Assembly: GCF_004799755.1 (NCBI RefSeq)
Contig: NZ_SLUB01000040.1
Location: forward strand, 14,201-38,200
Length of the DNA: 24,000 nucleotides
Source of the DNA: Bacillus timonensis
Lineage (GTDB): Bacteria > Bacillota > Bacilli > Bacillales > Bacillaceae_L
Direction of reading: 5' to 3'
How positions within the stretch are numbered: position 1 is the first letter of the stretch; each line of letters begins with the position of its first letter. The translations under genes were made by a program, and so were the position numbers. The notes beneath the pieces are model-generated. The model was not told the origin of the DNA. It saw nothing but the letters and a program-made list of their open reading frames with translations, and ran no database searches. Below are positions 1 through 8,339 of this stretch, one piece after another.

Positions 1-98
1 CAAAAATTTTTTATGAACTTGACCCTCAAACCAAGATAAGCTTAGCCGAATTATGTAGGGAAAGGTTTGGTGGGATACATGAACGAACATGCTATTAA
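1..98 (+). CDS. 3' end of a CDS entering from upstream (hypothetical, partial)
   Basis: Frame 3 is open from the window edge to TAA 96-98 (...KIFYELDPQTKISLAELCRERFGGIHERTCY*). No family recognised. It could be the same gene as 79..216 split by a frameshift. Confidence 0.3.
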   Translation, partial: KIFYELDPQTKISLAELCRERFGGIHERTCY

Positions 99-216
99 GT
101 TTAGTTATGATGAAATCGACCAACTTATTGAAGCGATGGATAAAGATGTTTGGAAAGATATAAAATGGAAATTTATAACTGAAGAAGAAATGGAATCTTT
201 ATTGAGTACCCCTTAA
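79..216 (+). CDS. small hypothetical protein (45 aa)
   Basis: ATG 79 has GGTGGG 4 nt upstream. Translation MNEHAIKFSYDEIDQLIEAMDKDVWKDIKWKFITEEEMESLLSTP*. Below the 60-aa cutoff of the ORF track. A weak hairpin AAGCC-N5-GGCTT (221-235) follows. Confidence 0.3.
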   Translation: MNEHAIKFSYDEIDQLIEAMDKDVWKDIKWKFITEEEMESLLSTP

Positions 217-678
217 GCGAAAGCCATAGGGGCTTATTTATGTTTTCTTTAATCTCTTTTTTCGTTTCTTGTACTTCTAATAACTCATTTATTTCCTCAC
301 TAAAAGTAGTATGTGTACGCCTCAATAATAAAGATTCCTCTGGTAAAAACTACACCAAAATACAAATCGTAGCTGGGATTAAAATTATCAAACTACTCCC
401 GATATTTCACCTTCCCTCTGACTCCATTACGTCATATCCCGGTTCTAATATTTTTCCTACTAATCTATCAAGAACTCCCAGAAGGCTTAACGATAGTGCC
501 AATATGATCAATATTCAATTCTCCTCCTGATTAAAGCAGGTTCTTTAGTCCATTATATGAATGTATGGGTAAATATTCCAGTTAAAGTTAAGCGTAAATT
601 TTGTACAAATCATCCTAACATGTCAAAATAAAATGGAATAGAAAAGACTGTGAAGATCATGAATGAGGAGTGGACGAT

Positions 679-1533
679 ATGAGTTCCCTTTTTAAAAGAG
701 AGATAAAGGATCAATGGTATATAAAATACAACAATAATGGTTATCCCCATGTGCAGCAAGGCTTTGTGTTGCCTCCGAATCGGTTTGAGGAATTTGATCC
801 GTTTTTACTTATGGCAGAGGATTGGTTTAAACGTGGGACGTTTTCTGACCATCCACATCGTGGTTTCCAAACAATCACATATGTCATCGATGGTAGATTG
901 GAGCATATCGACAACCATGGCGGTCATTCGGTGTTAGAGGCTGGTGACGTTCAGTATATGAATGCGGGCAGCGGGGCAAGACATGCAGAAGAAGCTGTTG
1001 ACAATGACATCGCACATACACTTCAGCTATGGTTGAACTTGCCACAATCCTTAAAAAACACGAAAACTTCTTATCAAAATGTTTACCTAGAGGATGTTCC
1101 ATGTATTAAAGTCGAAGGTGGAGAATTGAAGGTTTATTCTGGCGAAATTGCAGGTGATAAAGGACCGATGAATAGCTTAGTGCCTATTACCATGACTGAG
1201 ATTTCGCTAGCAAGTGGAGCCACTTATAAACACATTTTACCTGAAAATCATAATGCTTTTGTTTACGTGCTTTCTGGTGAGTTAGAGCTTGGTGAAAGTA
1301 AGACAAGTTTGAAAAAAACAGGGGCAGCAACGCTTACCTTCAACGAAAATGGTAAAAACGAAAGCGAATTTAACATCCATGCAAACAGTCGCGCCAAAAT
1401 CCTTGTTTACTCAGGTGTTCCATTAAGGGAAGAGATTGTAGCATATGGTCCATTCGTATTGAACTCAATGGAAGAAGTCCAACAAGCCTATCGCGACTTC
1501 CATGCAGGAAAATTTGGCCCACCGGCAGAATAA
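679..1533 (+). CDS. pirin family protein (bicupin, possible quercetin 2,3-dioxygenase-type)
   Basis: Pirin N-terminal cupin signature HPHRGFQTITYVIDGRLEHIDNHGG...NAGSGARHAEE, and a length of about 285 aa typical of pirins. ATG 679 is preferred over GTG 670 because GAGGAG (664-669) lies 9 nt upstream of 679. Confidence 0.9.
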   Translation: MSSLFKREIKDQWYIKYNNNGYPHVQQGFVLPPNRFEEFDPFLLMAEDWFKRGTFSDHPHRGFQTITYVIDGRLEHIDNHGGHSVLEAGDVQYMNAGSGARHAEEAVDNDIAHTLQLWLNLPQSLKNTKTSYQNVYLEDVPCIKVEGGELKVYSGEIAGDKGPMNSLVPITMTEISLASGATYKHILPENHNAFVYVLSGELELGESKTSLKKTGAATLTFNENGKNESEFNIHANSRAKILVYSGVPLREEIVAYGPFVLNSMEEVQQAYRDFHAGKFGPPAE

Positions 1534-1546
1534 AGGAGATCACCAA

Positions 1547-1789
1547 ATGGCAAATGAAGTAATAGTCTACACGACAAATGATTGTGTTGAATGTACGTTT
1601 GTAAAAAAAGTTCTTACTGAAAATGGGATTCCATTTGACGTTCGAAATATTGCAGAAAATGAAGTTTACCAAAAGGAAGTGGAACGCTACGGATTCCTAG
1701 GTGTCCCTGTAACAGTCGTGGGCGATCGTGCTGTAAAAGGGTTCACTCCTGAACTGATTGAATTGTTGGAACCGTTGAAACAGGACTAA
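1547..1789 (+). CDS. glutaredoxin-like protein (NrdH/YruB-type small thioredoxin-fold protein)
   Basis: 80 aa starting MANEVIVYTTNDCVECTFVKK with a CxxC redox motif (CVEC) and a downstream GVPV element. AAGGAG (1533-1538) sits 8 nt before ATG 1547 and overlaps the pirin stop codon, so the two genes are probably co-transcribed. Confidence 0.85.
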   Translation: MANEVIVYTTNDCVECTFVKKVLTENGIPFDVRNIAENEVYQKEVERYGFLGVPVTVVGDRAVKGFTPELIELLEPLKQD

Positions 1790-1876
1790 AATGGTAAAAG
1801 TAGGGAAAGTTATAAAGTAAATCACATCTCAAAGCTAAAGGAATAAAATATTGAATCCAAATCAATAGGTGAACCT

Positions 1877-2257
1877 ATGAAAAAAATTTTAAGCTGGGCA
1901 AAGAACTTAAAAAAACAAATATATATCCTATACTTTGCATACAAAGATGCACGAGTTCCTTGGTATGCAAAGCTTTTTACAGCCGGGGTGGTGGCTTATA
2001 CATTCAGTCCCATCGACCTCATTCCGGATTTCATACCCATCCTTGGATATCTGGATGAAGTCATTCTTGTACCAATCGGAATCATGTTTGCCATGAAGAT
2101 GATTCCGAAGGCTGTTATCGCGGACTGTGAAGTAAAAGCAGAAGAATTAACAAAAAATGGTAAACCGAAAAATTGGGTTGCAGGGGTGCTTATTCTTCTA
2201 CTATGGGCACTCCTATTCGTCTGGATTGCCATTAAAGCATACCAATATTTTCAGTGA
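1877..2257 (+). CDS. DUF1232 (YkvA family) membrane protein
   Basis: Motif FSPIDLIPDFIPILGYLDEV is characteristic of DUF1232/YkvA. There is a C-terminal TM segment, and AGGTGA lies 4 nt upstream of the ATG. Confidence 0.85.
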   Translation: MKKILSWAKNLKKQIYILYFAYKDARVPWYAKLFTAGVVAYTFSPIDLIPDFIPILGYLDEVILVPIGIMFAMKMIPKAVIADCEVKAEELTKNGKPKNWVAGVLILLLWALLFVWIAIKAYQYFQ

Positions 2258-2292
2258 ACCTGCATTTTTAAAGAAATGCAGGTTTTACTTTT
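2258..2292 (+). terminator. rho-independent terminator after the DUF1232 gene
   Basis: Stem ACCTGCATTT / AAATGCAGGT (2258-2283) followed by a T-rich tail. Confidence 0.75.
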
Positions 2293-2571
2293 TAAAAGGA
2301 TAGAAAAGAATTATTGCTGACAAACCAAAAATAATGACGACAAAATAGGATAATTGATGATGGGATATCTGCAAACCATTAAAAAAGCGCTCCCACTTAT
2401 CAAATTATTATGATTAATTTTACTCTTACCTGATGTTTATGCAGTTTTTACGTGGTATAATGATAAAAGTGAAGAATTAGAGTTTAATAAGTATGAGTTC
2501 TTCCTTTGAGCTTAATAAAAGAGGCAAGATGGATTGTCGGATTCCTGTGATCCTCTGGATGAACTTCTCAC

Positions 2572-2600
2572 TTTTACTCAACATTTAAATAGCCTATAAT
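2572..2600 (+). promoter_or_regulatory. candidate sigma-A promoter proximal to mqo
   Basis: Perfect TATAAT at 2595-2600 with TTTTAC 17 nt upstream. A second TATAAT lies at 2606-2611. Confidence 0.35.
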
Positions 2601-2754
2601 TATCATATAATATCGAATTATTAATCTAAAAAATTGTCATTCTGATATGGCGAAGATGAAGGTGAAAAAAGAGGTTGTCTGACAATGGCGTGTCTGATTT
2701 TGTGACCGCATTCATCTTTTTTGTCTAAATTTTATGAAGAAAAGGTTGATAAAC

Positions 2755-4275
2755 ATGAGCAACATAGAAAATAAAACAGATGTCATTTTAATAGGCGCTG
2801 GAATCATGAGTGCGACATTAGGAACACTCTTGAAGGAATTAGCGCCGGAATGGAACATTACCGTTTTTGAAAAGCTCGACAAGCCAGGAGAGGAAAGCTC
2901 TCACGAAATGAATAACGCTGGGACAGGGCATGCTGCACTGTGCGAGCTAAATTACACCGTTGAAAAACCAGACGGAACATTAGATATTAAAAAAGCAATT
3001 AATGTAAATGAACAATTCCAAGTATCCAAGCAATTTTGGGCATATCTTGTGAAGAACAAACTCATTCGCAACCCGCAAGATTTTATCATGCCACTCCCGC
3101 ATATAAGTATGGTGCAAGGTGAAAAGGATGTCGCTTTTTTAAAGAAACGTTTTGAAGCGCTGTCAAAAGTTCCGTTGTTTAAAGGGATGGAATATTCCGA
3201 TGATCCTTCAACATTAATGGAATGGATACCACTTATTGTGAAAGATCGCACATCTACTGAACCAATCGCAGCTACTAAAGCAGACACAGGAACAGATGTT
3301 AACTTCGGAAATTTAACACGCATGTTGTTTGACCATTTAAAAAATAAGAATGTAAAAATTAATTACAACCATGGTGTCAAAGATGTAAAACGTTCAAGCG
3401 ACGGCTTATGGGATTTAAAGGTAAAAAACCAAGCTACTGGTGCGGTTGAACACCATAAAGCGAAGTTTGTCTTCATCGGAGGTGGAGGCGGAAGTCTTCA
3501 TTTACTCCAAAAATCCGGTATTCCTGAAGGAAGACATATTGGTGGATTCCCAGTGAGTGGAATTTTCATGGTATGTAATAATCCTGAAGTGATTGAAAAG
3601 CATCACGCAAAAGTATACGGAAAAGCAAAGGTCGGTGCGCCACCTATGTCTGTTCCGCATCTTGACACAAGATACATCGATAATAAGAAATCATTGCTGT
3701 TTGGACCATTTGCGGGCTTCTCTCCGAAATTCTTAAAAACAGGTTCAAACCTAGATCTAATCACATCTGTAAAACCTGATAATTTGTTAACGATGCTAGC
3801 TGCAGGTGTAAAAGAAATGGCATTAACCAAATACTTGATCCAGCAAGTCATGTTAACGAAGGAACAGCGTATGGAAGAATTACGCGAATTCATCCCCAAC
3901 GCAAAGAGCGAAGATTGGGATTTAGTGGTGGCTGGTCAACGTGTTCAGGTAATCAAGGACACTGAAGCTGGCGGCAAAGGTACGCTCCAATTTGGTACTG
4001 AAGTCATTACGGCAGCTGATGGCTCCATCGCCGCTTTACTAGGTGCATCACCTGGTGCGTCAACCGCTGTTCATGTTATGCTCGAAGTGATCAAAAAGTG
4101 CTTCCCAGAGCATATGTTAGAATGGGAGCCAAAAATCAAAGACATGATTCCTTCATTTGGGCTATCCCTCATGGAGAACCCAGAACTTCTTGAAAAGATC
4201 AATGCATCTTCAGGAGAAGCTCTTGGTTTAATCGAAAAAAAAGCAAAAGTAGAAAAGGAACTTGTCCTAAATTAA
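2755..4275 (+). CDS. mqo: malate:quinone oxidoreductase
   Basis: N-terminus ...[35 protein letters not shown]...[20 protein letters not shown] closely matches my memory of Bacillus Mqo, and the length is about 500 aa. ATG 2755 (MSNIENK) is preferred; the alternative in-frame start is 2734. Confidence 0.95.
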   Translation: MSNIENKTDVILIGAGIMSATLGTLLKELAPEWNITVFEKLDKPGEESSHEMNNAGTGHAALCELNYTVEKPDGTLDIKKAINVNEQFQVSKQFWAYLVKNKLIRNPQDFIMPLPHISMVQGEKDVAFLKKRFEALSKVPLFKGMEYSDDPSTLMEWIPLIVKDRTSTEPIAATKADTGTDVNFGNLTRMLFDHLKNKNVKINYNHGVKDVKRSSDGLWDLKVKNQATGAVEHHKAKFVFIGGGGGSLHLLQKSGIPEGRHIGGFPVSGIFMVCNNPEVIEKHHAKVYGKAKVGAPPMSVPHLDTRYIDNKKSLLFGPFAGFSPKFLKTGSNLDLITSVKPDNLLTMLAAGVKEMALTKYLIQQVMLTKEQRMEELREFIPNAKSEDWDLVVAGQRVQVIKDTEAGGKGTLQFGTEVITAADGSIAALLGASPGASTAVHVMLEVIKKCFPEHMLEWEPKIKDMIPSFGLSLMENPELLEKINASSGEALGLIEKKAKVEKELVLN

Positions 4276-4287
4276 TCATGAAAAAGT

Positions 4288-4322
4288 AACCTTCAATCTC
4301 GATTGGGATTGAAGGTTTTTAT
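4288..4322. terminator. bidirectional rho-independent terminator (mqo / anti-sigma operon)
   Basis: 11-bp stem AACCTTCAATC / GATTGAAGGTT with an 8-nt loop. A T-run follows on the + strand and an A-run precedes it, which gives a T-run on the - strand. Confidence 0.8.
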
Positions 4323-4366
4323 TGTTCAAAATTCGGACCACTATCAGTCTGGATTTTGAATTTAAC

Positions 4367-5335
4367 TCAATTTAAATTAATCTTTAATGTACCTAATTCA
4401 ATTTTTTCGTTACCGATTTTATAAGTAGGCTTCACCTGAATAATTTTCGGTGGATTTTTGCTATCCATTTCAAATATGATTTTAGAATTAGAAACGGTAT
4501 TTAGGGATAATTTTTCACCTTGATTATCAACGATATCAAACTGCAAATTTTCACCTTCAATACCAGCTGTTTCTAACTGTTCATAGGTTAATATTGCGTT
4601 TGTTTTTCCAATGTTAATATCATTGAAGTGGACACTATATTCCTTGTTTGAAGAAAAAAGGGTTTGATTCAACTCAATTTCTCGAGATGGCAATTTCTTA
4701 ACGGAAAGGTTAAATGACCATTCGCCTTGAACACCTGCCATATGTGTAAATGTAATCGGGAGTGTTAACTCTTCAGAATTTTTCACGTTGTGGGTTTCTA
4801 ATATCATCGCACCGACATAGTCGTTTCCTTGTTTTGTTAATGTTCCCATAACGCCTCCCCATCCTGATTCATCCTTTCCGTCGAACATCTCATAGGCGTA
4901 ACCGGGCTCAGGTCCTGTTTCCCCACCAAATGTATCGGATAAGTTTTCACCAGCAGCTTTAAAGGTTAAGCCAACATAGGATCCATCATAAAAAATGGAT
5001 GTAATACTCATTTTGACCCCATTATTTTCAACTGTTTCATTGATTTCCGTAATCAATTGTTCCGCTGCCAAATTCTGACCGATTGGCATTTGATAATTTT
5101 CATAAATCCCTCCAATAATCGGCACCTGCGCTAGAACCTGATTAATAGGTGAAAAAATAAATCCTGACACAAGGAGGACAGCAGCAGCCCCAGATGTAAT
5201 GAGGGATGTTCTTTTTAATGGCTGTATGTATTTTCTTTTTTTGCGAAACCTGTCCCCACGTTCAATACCTTTTTCAATTGCTGAATGTAGTTCGTGTGTT
5301 GGAATCTCCATCTCATTAAATAAATCTTTTCCCAT
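4367..5335 (-). CDS. anti-sigma factor, DUF4179-like extracytoplasmic domain
   Basis: Short cytoplasmic N-terminus, a single TM (SLITSGAAAVLLVSGFIF), then a beta-rich extracellular domain. Its start overlaps the upstream ECF sigma gene by 20 nt, the usual sigma/anti-sigma arrangement in Bacillus. Confidence 0.75.
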   Translation of the reverse strand: MGKDLFNEMEIPTHELHSAIEKGIERGDRFRKKRKYIQPLKRTSLITSGAAAVLLVSGFIFSPINQVLAQVPIIGGIYENYQMPIGQNLAAEQLITEINETVENNGVKMSITSIFYDGSYVGLTFKAAGENLSDTFGGETGPEPGYAYEMFDGKDESGWGGVMGTLTKQGNDYVGAMILETHNVKNSEELTLPITFTHMAGVQGEWSFNLSVKKLPSREIELNQTLFSSNKEYSVHFNDINIGKTNAILTYEQLETAGIEGENLQFDIVDNQGEKLSLNTVSNSKIIFEMDSKNPPKIIQVKPTYKIGNEKIELGTLKINLN

Positions 5336-5858
5336 AATAATCAGCCCCTAATGTTTTTCTTAATTCAGCTTTTGCACGACGTAAGTACGTTTTAATCGTA
5401 GATTGTGGCTTATCTAGAACAGTAGAAATCGTTCGAATCGGTAAATCATAATAATAGAAAAGCAGGATTGCATTTCGATAGTTCCCATTTAACGACTCAA
5501 GTGCCTCCGATAAATCGATTAACAGGTTTTGTTCTTGGGCTTGACTCGATTCAATGAGATAATCTAATCCCTCTTCCGGTAGTTGTACCACCTTCTTTTT
5601 ACGTGCAAGTTCTTTGTAGGCTGTTCGCATTAAGATTTTCACTAGCCAAGTACTGAAAAAAGCAGGTGATTTTAGCTGGTGTATGGAAATATAGGCTTTA
5701 TAGGTAGCTTCCTGTATGATATCCAGTGCATCATCTTTGTTCCGCATATGAAGATAGGCAATTTTATATAGTTTTTCACTTTCAAATTTAATGAGTTGTT
5801 CAAATGCTTGTTTGTCACCAGCAATGGCCAACTCAGCTAATTTCGTAGAATTCGACAT
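5316..5858 (-). CDS. ECF-type RNA polymerase sigma-70 family factor
   Basis: 180 aa. Region 2-like DALDIIQEATYKAYISIHQL...FSTWLVKILMRTA and region 4 HTH-like LPIRTISTVLDKPQSTIKTYLRRAKAELR. GGAGG RBS at 5866-5870 on the minus strand. Confidence 0.9.
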   Translation of the reverse strand: MSNSTKLAELAIAGDKQAFEQLIKFESEKLYKIAYLHMRNKDDALDIIQEATYKAYISIHQLKSPAFFSTWLVKILMRTAYKELARKKKVVQLPEEGLDYLIESSQAQEQNLLIDLSEALESLNGNYRNAILLFYYYDLPIRTISTVLDKPQSTIKTYLRRAKAELRKTLGADYYGKRFI

Positions 5859-5875
5859 TAGCTAACCTCCTTTCA

Positions 5876-5910
5876 CCTATTAGAGGCATGGAATGTAATA
5901 AAAGGTTTCA
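5876..5910 (-). promoter_or_regulatory. possible ECF-type autoregulated promoter
   Basis: On the minus strand: TGAAAC (5910-5905), a spacer of about 16 nt, then TGCCTCTAA. The -35 matches the ECF 'GAAAC' class but the -10 lacks the usual CGT, so this is weak. Confidence 0.3.
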
Positions 5911-6050
5911 AAAAGTTATGTGTTCCTAGTAATATACCATTTTGTCGAAAAAAAGACTTATGAATAATTATTATTATGGGAAGGATGAGTTCTTCATTGG
6001 TTTAATTAAATAGGGTGGTTAGAAGATATAAGGAAAGGGTCTGAAAGAAA

Positions 6051-6425
6051 ATGAACCAACACTTAAAGCATCATTTAAAAGAACTAGAGGAAATGCACAT
6101 AAACAATGAAGTTCGGAAAAGTCGTGAAGAGTTAGATAAAATACTAGCAGATGATTTTTTTGAGATTGGTAGTTCGGGCTATATGTTTAATAAAAAAGAA
6201 TGCCTTGACTCCGGAGTAGCCTTAACGGAAATGTCTCTCCATAACTATGAAATCCATCCATTAGCACCAGATGTTGTTTTAACTACATATTTCATTGTAG
6301 ATAAGACGAGGAACCGGAATACCCTACGGAGCTCCATATGGAAACATATAGATGGAAGGTGGCAACTGTATTTTCATCAAGGGACGATCACGCCATTGAA
6401 GTTGAATAAAGTGATTAAAGAGTAA
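6051..6425 (+). CDS. DUF4440 / SnoaL-like (NTF2 fold) protein
   Basis: 124 aa. The pattern LADDFFEIGSSG...L..Y.I..L.......TY........RSSIW...DGRWQLYFHQGT is typical of DUF4440. Confidence 0.7.
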   Translation: MNQHLKHHLKELEEMHINNEVRKSREELDKILADDFFEIGSSGYMFNKKECLDSGVALTEMSLHNYEIHPLAPDVVLTTYFIVDKTRNRNTLRSSIWKHIDGRWQLYFHQGTITPLKLNKVIKE

Positions 6426-6466
6426 GTTCAAAAAATAATCTTAATTTGAAGTAGAGTTTCAATACT

Positions 6467-6495
6467 TTAGAAATAACGTCCATAATTGTTATAAT
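6467..6495 (+). promoter_or_regulatory. candidate sigma-A promoter with extended -10
   Basis: TGtTATAAT at 6487-6495 and a weak -35 TTAGAA at 6467-6472 with a 17-nt spacer. Confidence 0.4.
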
Positions 6496-6532
6496 AAATA
6501 TACTTAATAGACAGAACTAGGACGTGATTTAA

Positions 6533-6859
6533 ATCTTTCATGCAATTTTCTTTTTTATACTAGCAGGTATTGCCGAGATTGGTGGAGGTTATTTAATTTG
6601 GCTTTGGTTAAGAGAAGGGAAGCCTTACTATTGGGGAATTGGCGGTGGAATTGCTCTAGCTCTATATGGAGTGATTGCAACCTTCCAAACCTTCCCATCA
6701 TTCGGAAGAGTTTATGCTGCCTATGGAGGACTTTTTATCGTGCTGTCAGTCCTATGGGGCTGGGGGATTGATAAAAAAACACCTGATTTATACGATTTGT
6801 TAGGTGCTGGCATCTGTATTATTGGTGTATCGGTCATGTTATTTGCACCGCGGCAATAG
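6533..6859 (+). CDS. UPF0060 / YnfA family membrane protein with no canonical start codon
   Basis: The frame is open from 6533 and reads [66 protein letters not shown]...APRQ*, colinear with about 108-aa YnfA/YfjF proteins. The ORF track shows only the C-terminal 62 aa (GTG 6671). There is no ATG, GTG or TTG between the in-frame TAA (6530-6532) and 6671. See the finding at 6524-6859. Confidence 0.7.
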   Translation: MFHAIFFFILAGIAEIGGGYLIWLWLREGKPYYWGIGGGIALALYGVIATFQTFPSFGRVYAAYGGLFIVLSVLWGWGIDKKTPDLYDLLGAGICIIGVSVMLFAPRQ

Positions 6860-6866
6860 CGCAAGA

Positions 6867-6904
6867 CGTTGATCTATGGAAGGATCAACGCCTTTTTTCT
6901 TTTG
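6867..6904 (+). terminator. rho-independent terminator
   Basis: Stem CGTTGATC / GATCAACG with an 8-nt loop, followed by CCTTTTTTCTTTTG. Confidence 0.75.
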
Positions 6905-7248
6905 TTTTCCTTTTTCAATTTGTTCTTTTTCGAGAGTGTTTTAATGAAAAATAGGCCTGCAATTAATGCCAGTAAATTTAATGAATCGCCAAAATTGACC
7001 GAAAAATTAATGTTGTTATTCACTCTTATATAATTCCTATTATCGGACTTCGCTTGAGAATCTTTTTCATGGTTATCCAGAATGATCCCTCCAATTTTTA
7101 AAGACTGGTTGTCCTAATCCATTATATGGTGAAGTAAGTTCTTATATGCACTAGTATGAGTTGGAGGAAATGAGATATTTTAGTAGGAATTTAATCAGAA
7201 TCATGTAAAATGAAATTATCTCAAAGTATAGGAAACAGGGAGTTATTT

Positions 7249-7434
7249 ATGGAATTATTTATACTTAAAAAGCAGTTTAGAGGATATGAAAAAGGAACCC
7301 AATTTTACTTAATTGCAGAATCCGAGTTCATAGGGGTTAAGGAGTTTGTTATGAGAACGAAAGATTTAACAAAAAGTATATCCCTTACTGAAAGCGAACT
7401 TCGTCACTATTTTTCGTTGATAAAACTTCCATAA
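7249..7434 (+). CDS. hypothetical protein (61 aa)
   Basis: ATG 7249 has GGGAG 6 nt upstream. The upstream in-frame ATG 7210 has no RBS. A strong terminator follows. No family recognised. Confidence 0.45.
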   Translation: MELFILKKQFRGYEKGTQFYLIAESEFIGVKEFVMRTKDLTKSISLTESELRHYFSLIKLP

Positions 7435-7443
7435 GCTCCTTTT

Positions 7444-7484
7444 AAAAAAACAAGAACATATCGTTTAATATGTTCTTGTTTTTG
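7444..7484. terminator. bidirectional rho-independent terminator
   Basis: 13-bp stem AACAAGAACATAT / ATATGTTCTTGTT flanked by an A7 run on the 5' side and a T-run on the 3' side. It serves the convergent genes ending at 7434 (+) and 7515 (-). Confidence 0.85.
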
Positions 7485-7514
7485 TGTGGTGTTATTTAGA
7501 AGGAGCACTTTTAT

Positions 7515-7742
7515 TTAGCATCTAGGAAAGTAGCAAGCACCTATAATGATTAATAAAATAAACAACACAACGACTAATACAAAGGTATTGTGACAAGGTT
7601 GAGGACAAGCGTATCCATAACCATAACTAGGTTCAATGTAGCTTGGTGCCACATAAGTTGGTTGTGGAGCTACATACGTTGGCTGTGGTGCCGTGTAAAC
7701 ACTTTGTAACGCATTTACGTTAGAAATATTCAGATGATCCAT
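7515..7742 (-). CDS. YjcZ-family tiny transmembrane (sporulation) protein with a proline/tyrosine repeat extension
   Basis: The C-terminus FVLVVVLFILLIIIGACYF matches the YjcZ / tiny_TM_bacill signature (..LIVVLFILLIIVG..). AAGGAG (7755-7750) lies 7 nt before ATG 7742. The longer 111-aa ORF (GTG 7850) has no RBS. Confidence 0.7.
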   Translation of the reverse strand: MDHLNISNVNALQSVYTAPQPTYVAPQPTYVAPSYIEPSYGYGYACPQPCHNTFVLVVVLFILLIIIGACYFPRC

Positions 7743-7904
7743 CTTCATTCTCCTTTTCTTTATGTGTAGATTCCCTACAGTATACTCACCTAGATTCAAA
7801 TTGCCACGTTCAACAAAGAAAATGGGTAATTGCCCTGAGCGGTTTTGCACGTATAGAATGTTCTCTTAGAGTATGGAAATGATGTAATAATTTGGTATTG
7901 AAGT

Positions 7905-8243
7905 GTGCTAAAATTGAAAGGAATAAAATTAGATTTTTTTGCCAATTTTATAGTGCTGTATAGTATGGGGGATTATATTGTGAAAGAAGCAAAAAAGGTT
8001 TCGTACATAAGCATGTTTTTTGGTGGAACGGGGACTATTTTAATCTTATTGGGTGCTGTTAATCTATTTGATAGTGATGGGGATCTACCAACGTTTTATC
8101 TTGTATTGTGTGGTTTCCTATTCACCATTAATTACATCAATTATTTAGAATCAAAAGCTGGCGTAAGTAAAAAAGCAACATGGAGTAGGGCGATCCTTTC
8201 AATCATCGTTTTTTTTATCGTTTCACATTTCATATTCTATTAA
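7905..8243 (+). CDS. hypothetical membrane protein (start uncertain)
   Basis: Three hydrophobic segments (ISMFFGGTGTILILLGAV, FYLVLCGFLFTINYI, AILSIIVFFIVSHFIF). No convincing RBS at 7905; internal starts around 7965-7981 are possible. Confidence 0.45.
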   Translation: MLKLKGIKLDFFANFIVLYSMGDYIVKEAKKVSYISMFFGGTGTILILLGAVNLFDSDGDLPTFYLVLCGFLFTINYINYLESKAGVSKKATWSRAILSIIVFFIVSHFIFY

Positions 8244-8339
8244 TCTCAATATCATCGATTGATCAACTTAGAAAAGCTCCGGGTTCGTACATGGATGTAA
8301 TGGGGTATGGACCAATATTTTATGTAGTGAGGGGATCCC

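Noticed and set aside
240-530. 96-aa + strand ORF
   Set aside because: No RBS. The sequence is Ser/Asn/Ile-rich, low-complexity and implausible. It lies antisense to better-looking, though fragmented, frames.
737-1672. ORFs 737..937 (+), 884..1102 (-) and 1370..1672 (-)
   Set aside because: These are alternate-frame or antisense shadows of the pirin and glutaredoxin-like genes.
2311-2379. 22-aa minus-strand mini-ORF (MVCRYPIINYPILSSLFLVCQQ) next to the DUF1232 terminator
   Set aside because: It is very short, has only a weak GGGAG at 10-nt spacing, and has no supporting features. It cannot be distinguished from chance.
2952-3899. Minus-strand ORFs 2952..3323 and 3603..3899
   Set aside because: These are antisense shadow ORFs inside mqo, without RBS or family resemblance.
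6874-7023. 49-aa minus-strand ORF (GTG 7023; VNNNINFSVNFGDSLNLLALIAGLFFIKTLSKKNKLKKENKRKKALILP*)
   Set aside because: It has a plausible TM plus basic tail. However, the SD before the GTG is poor and its 3' end runs through the ynfA terminator hairpin. The only strong SD (GGAGGG at 7094-7089) is followed by no canonical in-frame start. It is too uncertain to call and may be a decayed small gene.
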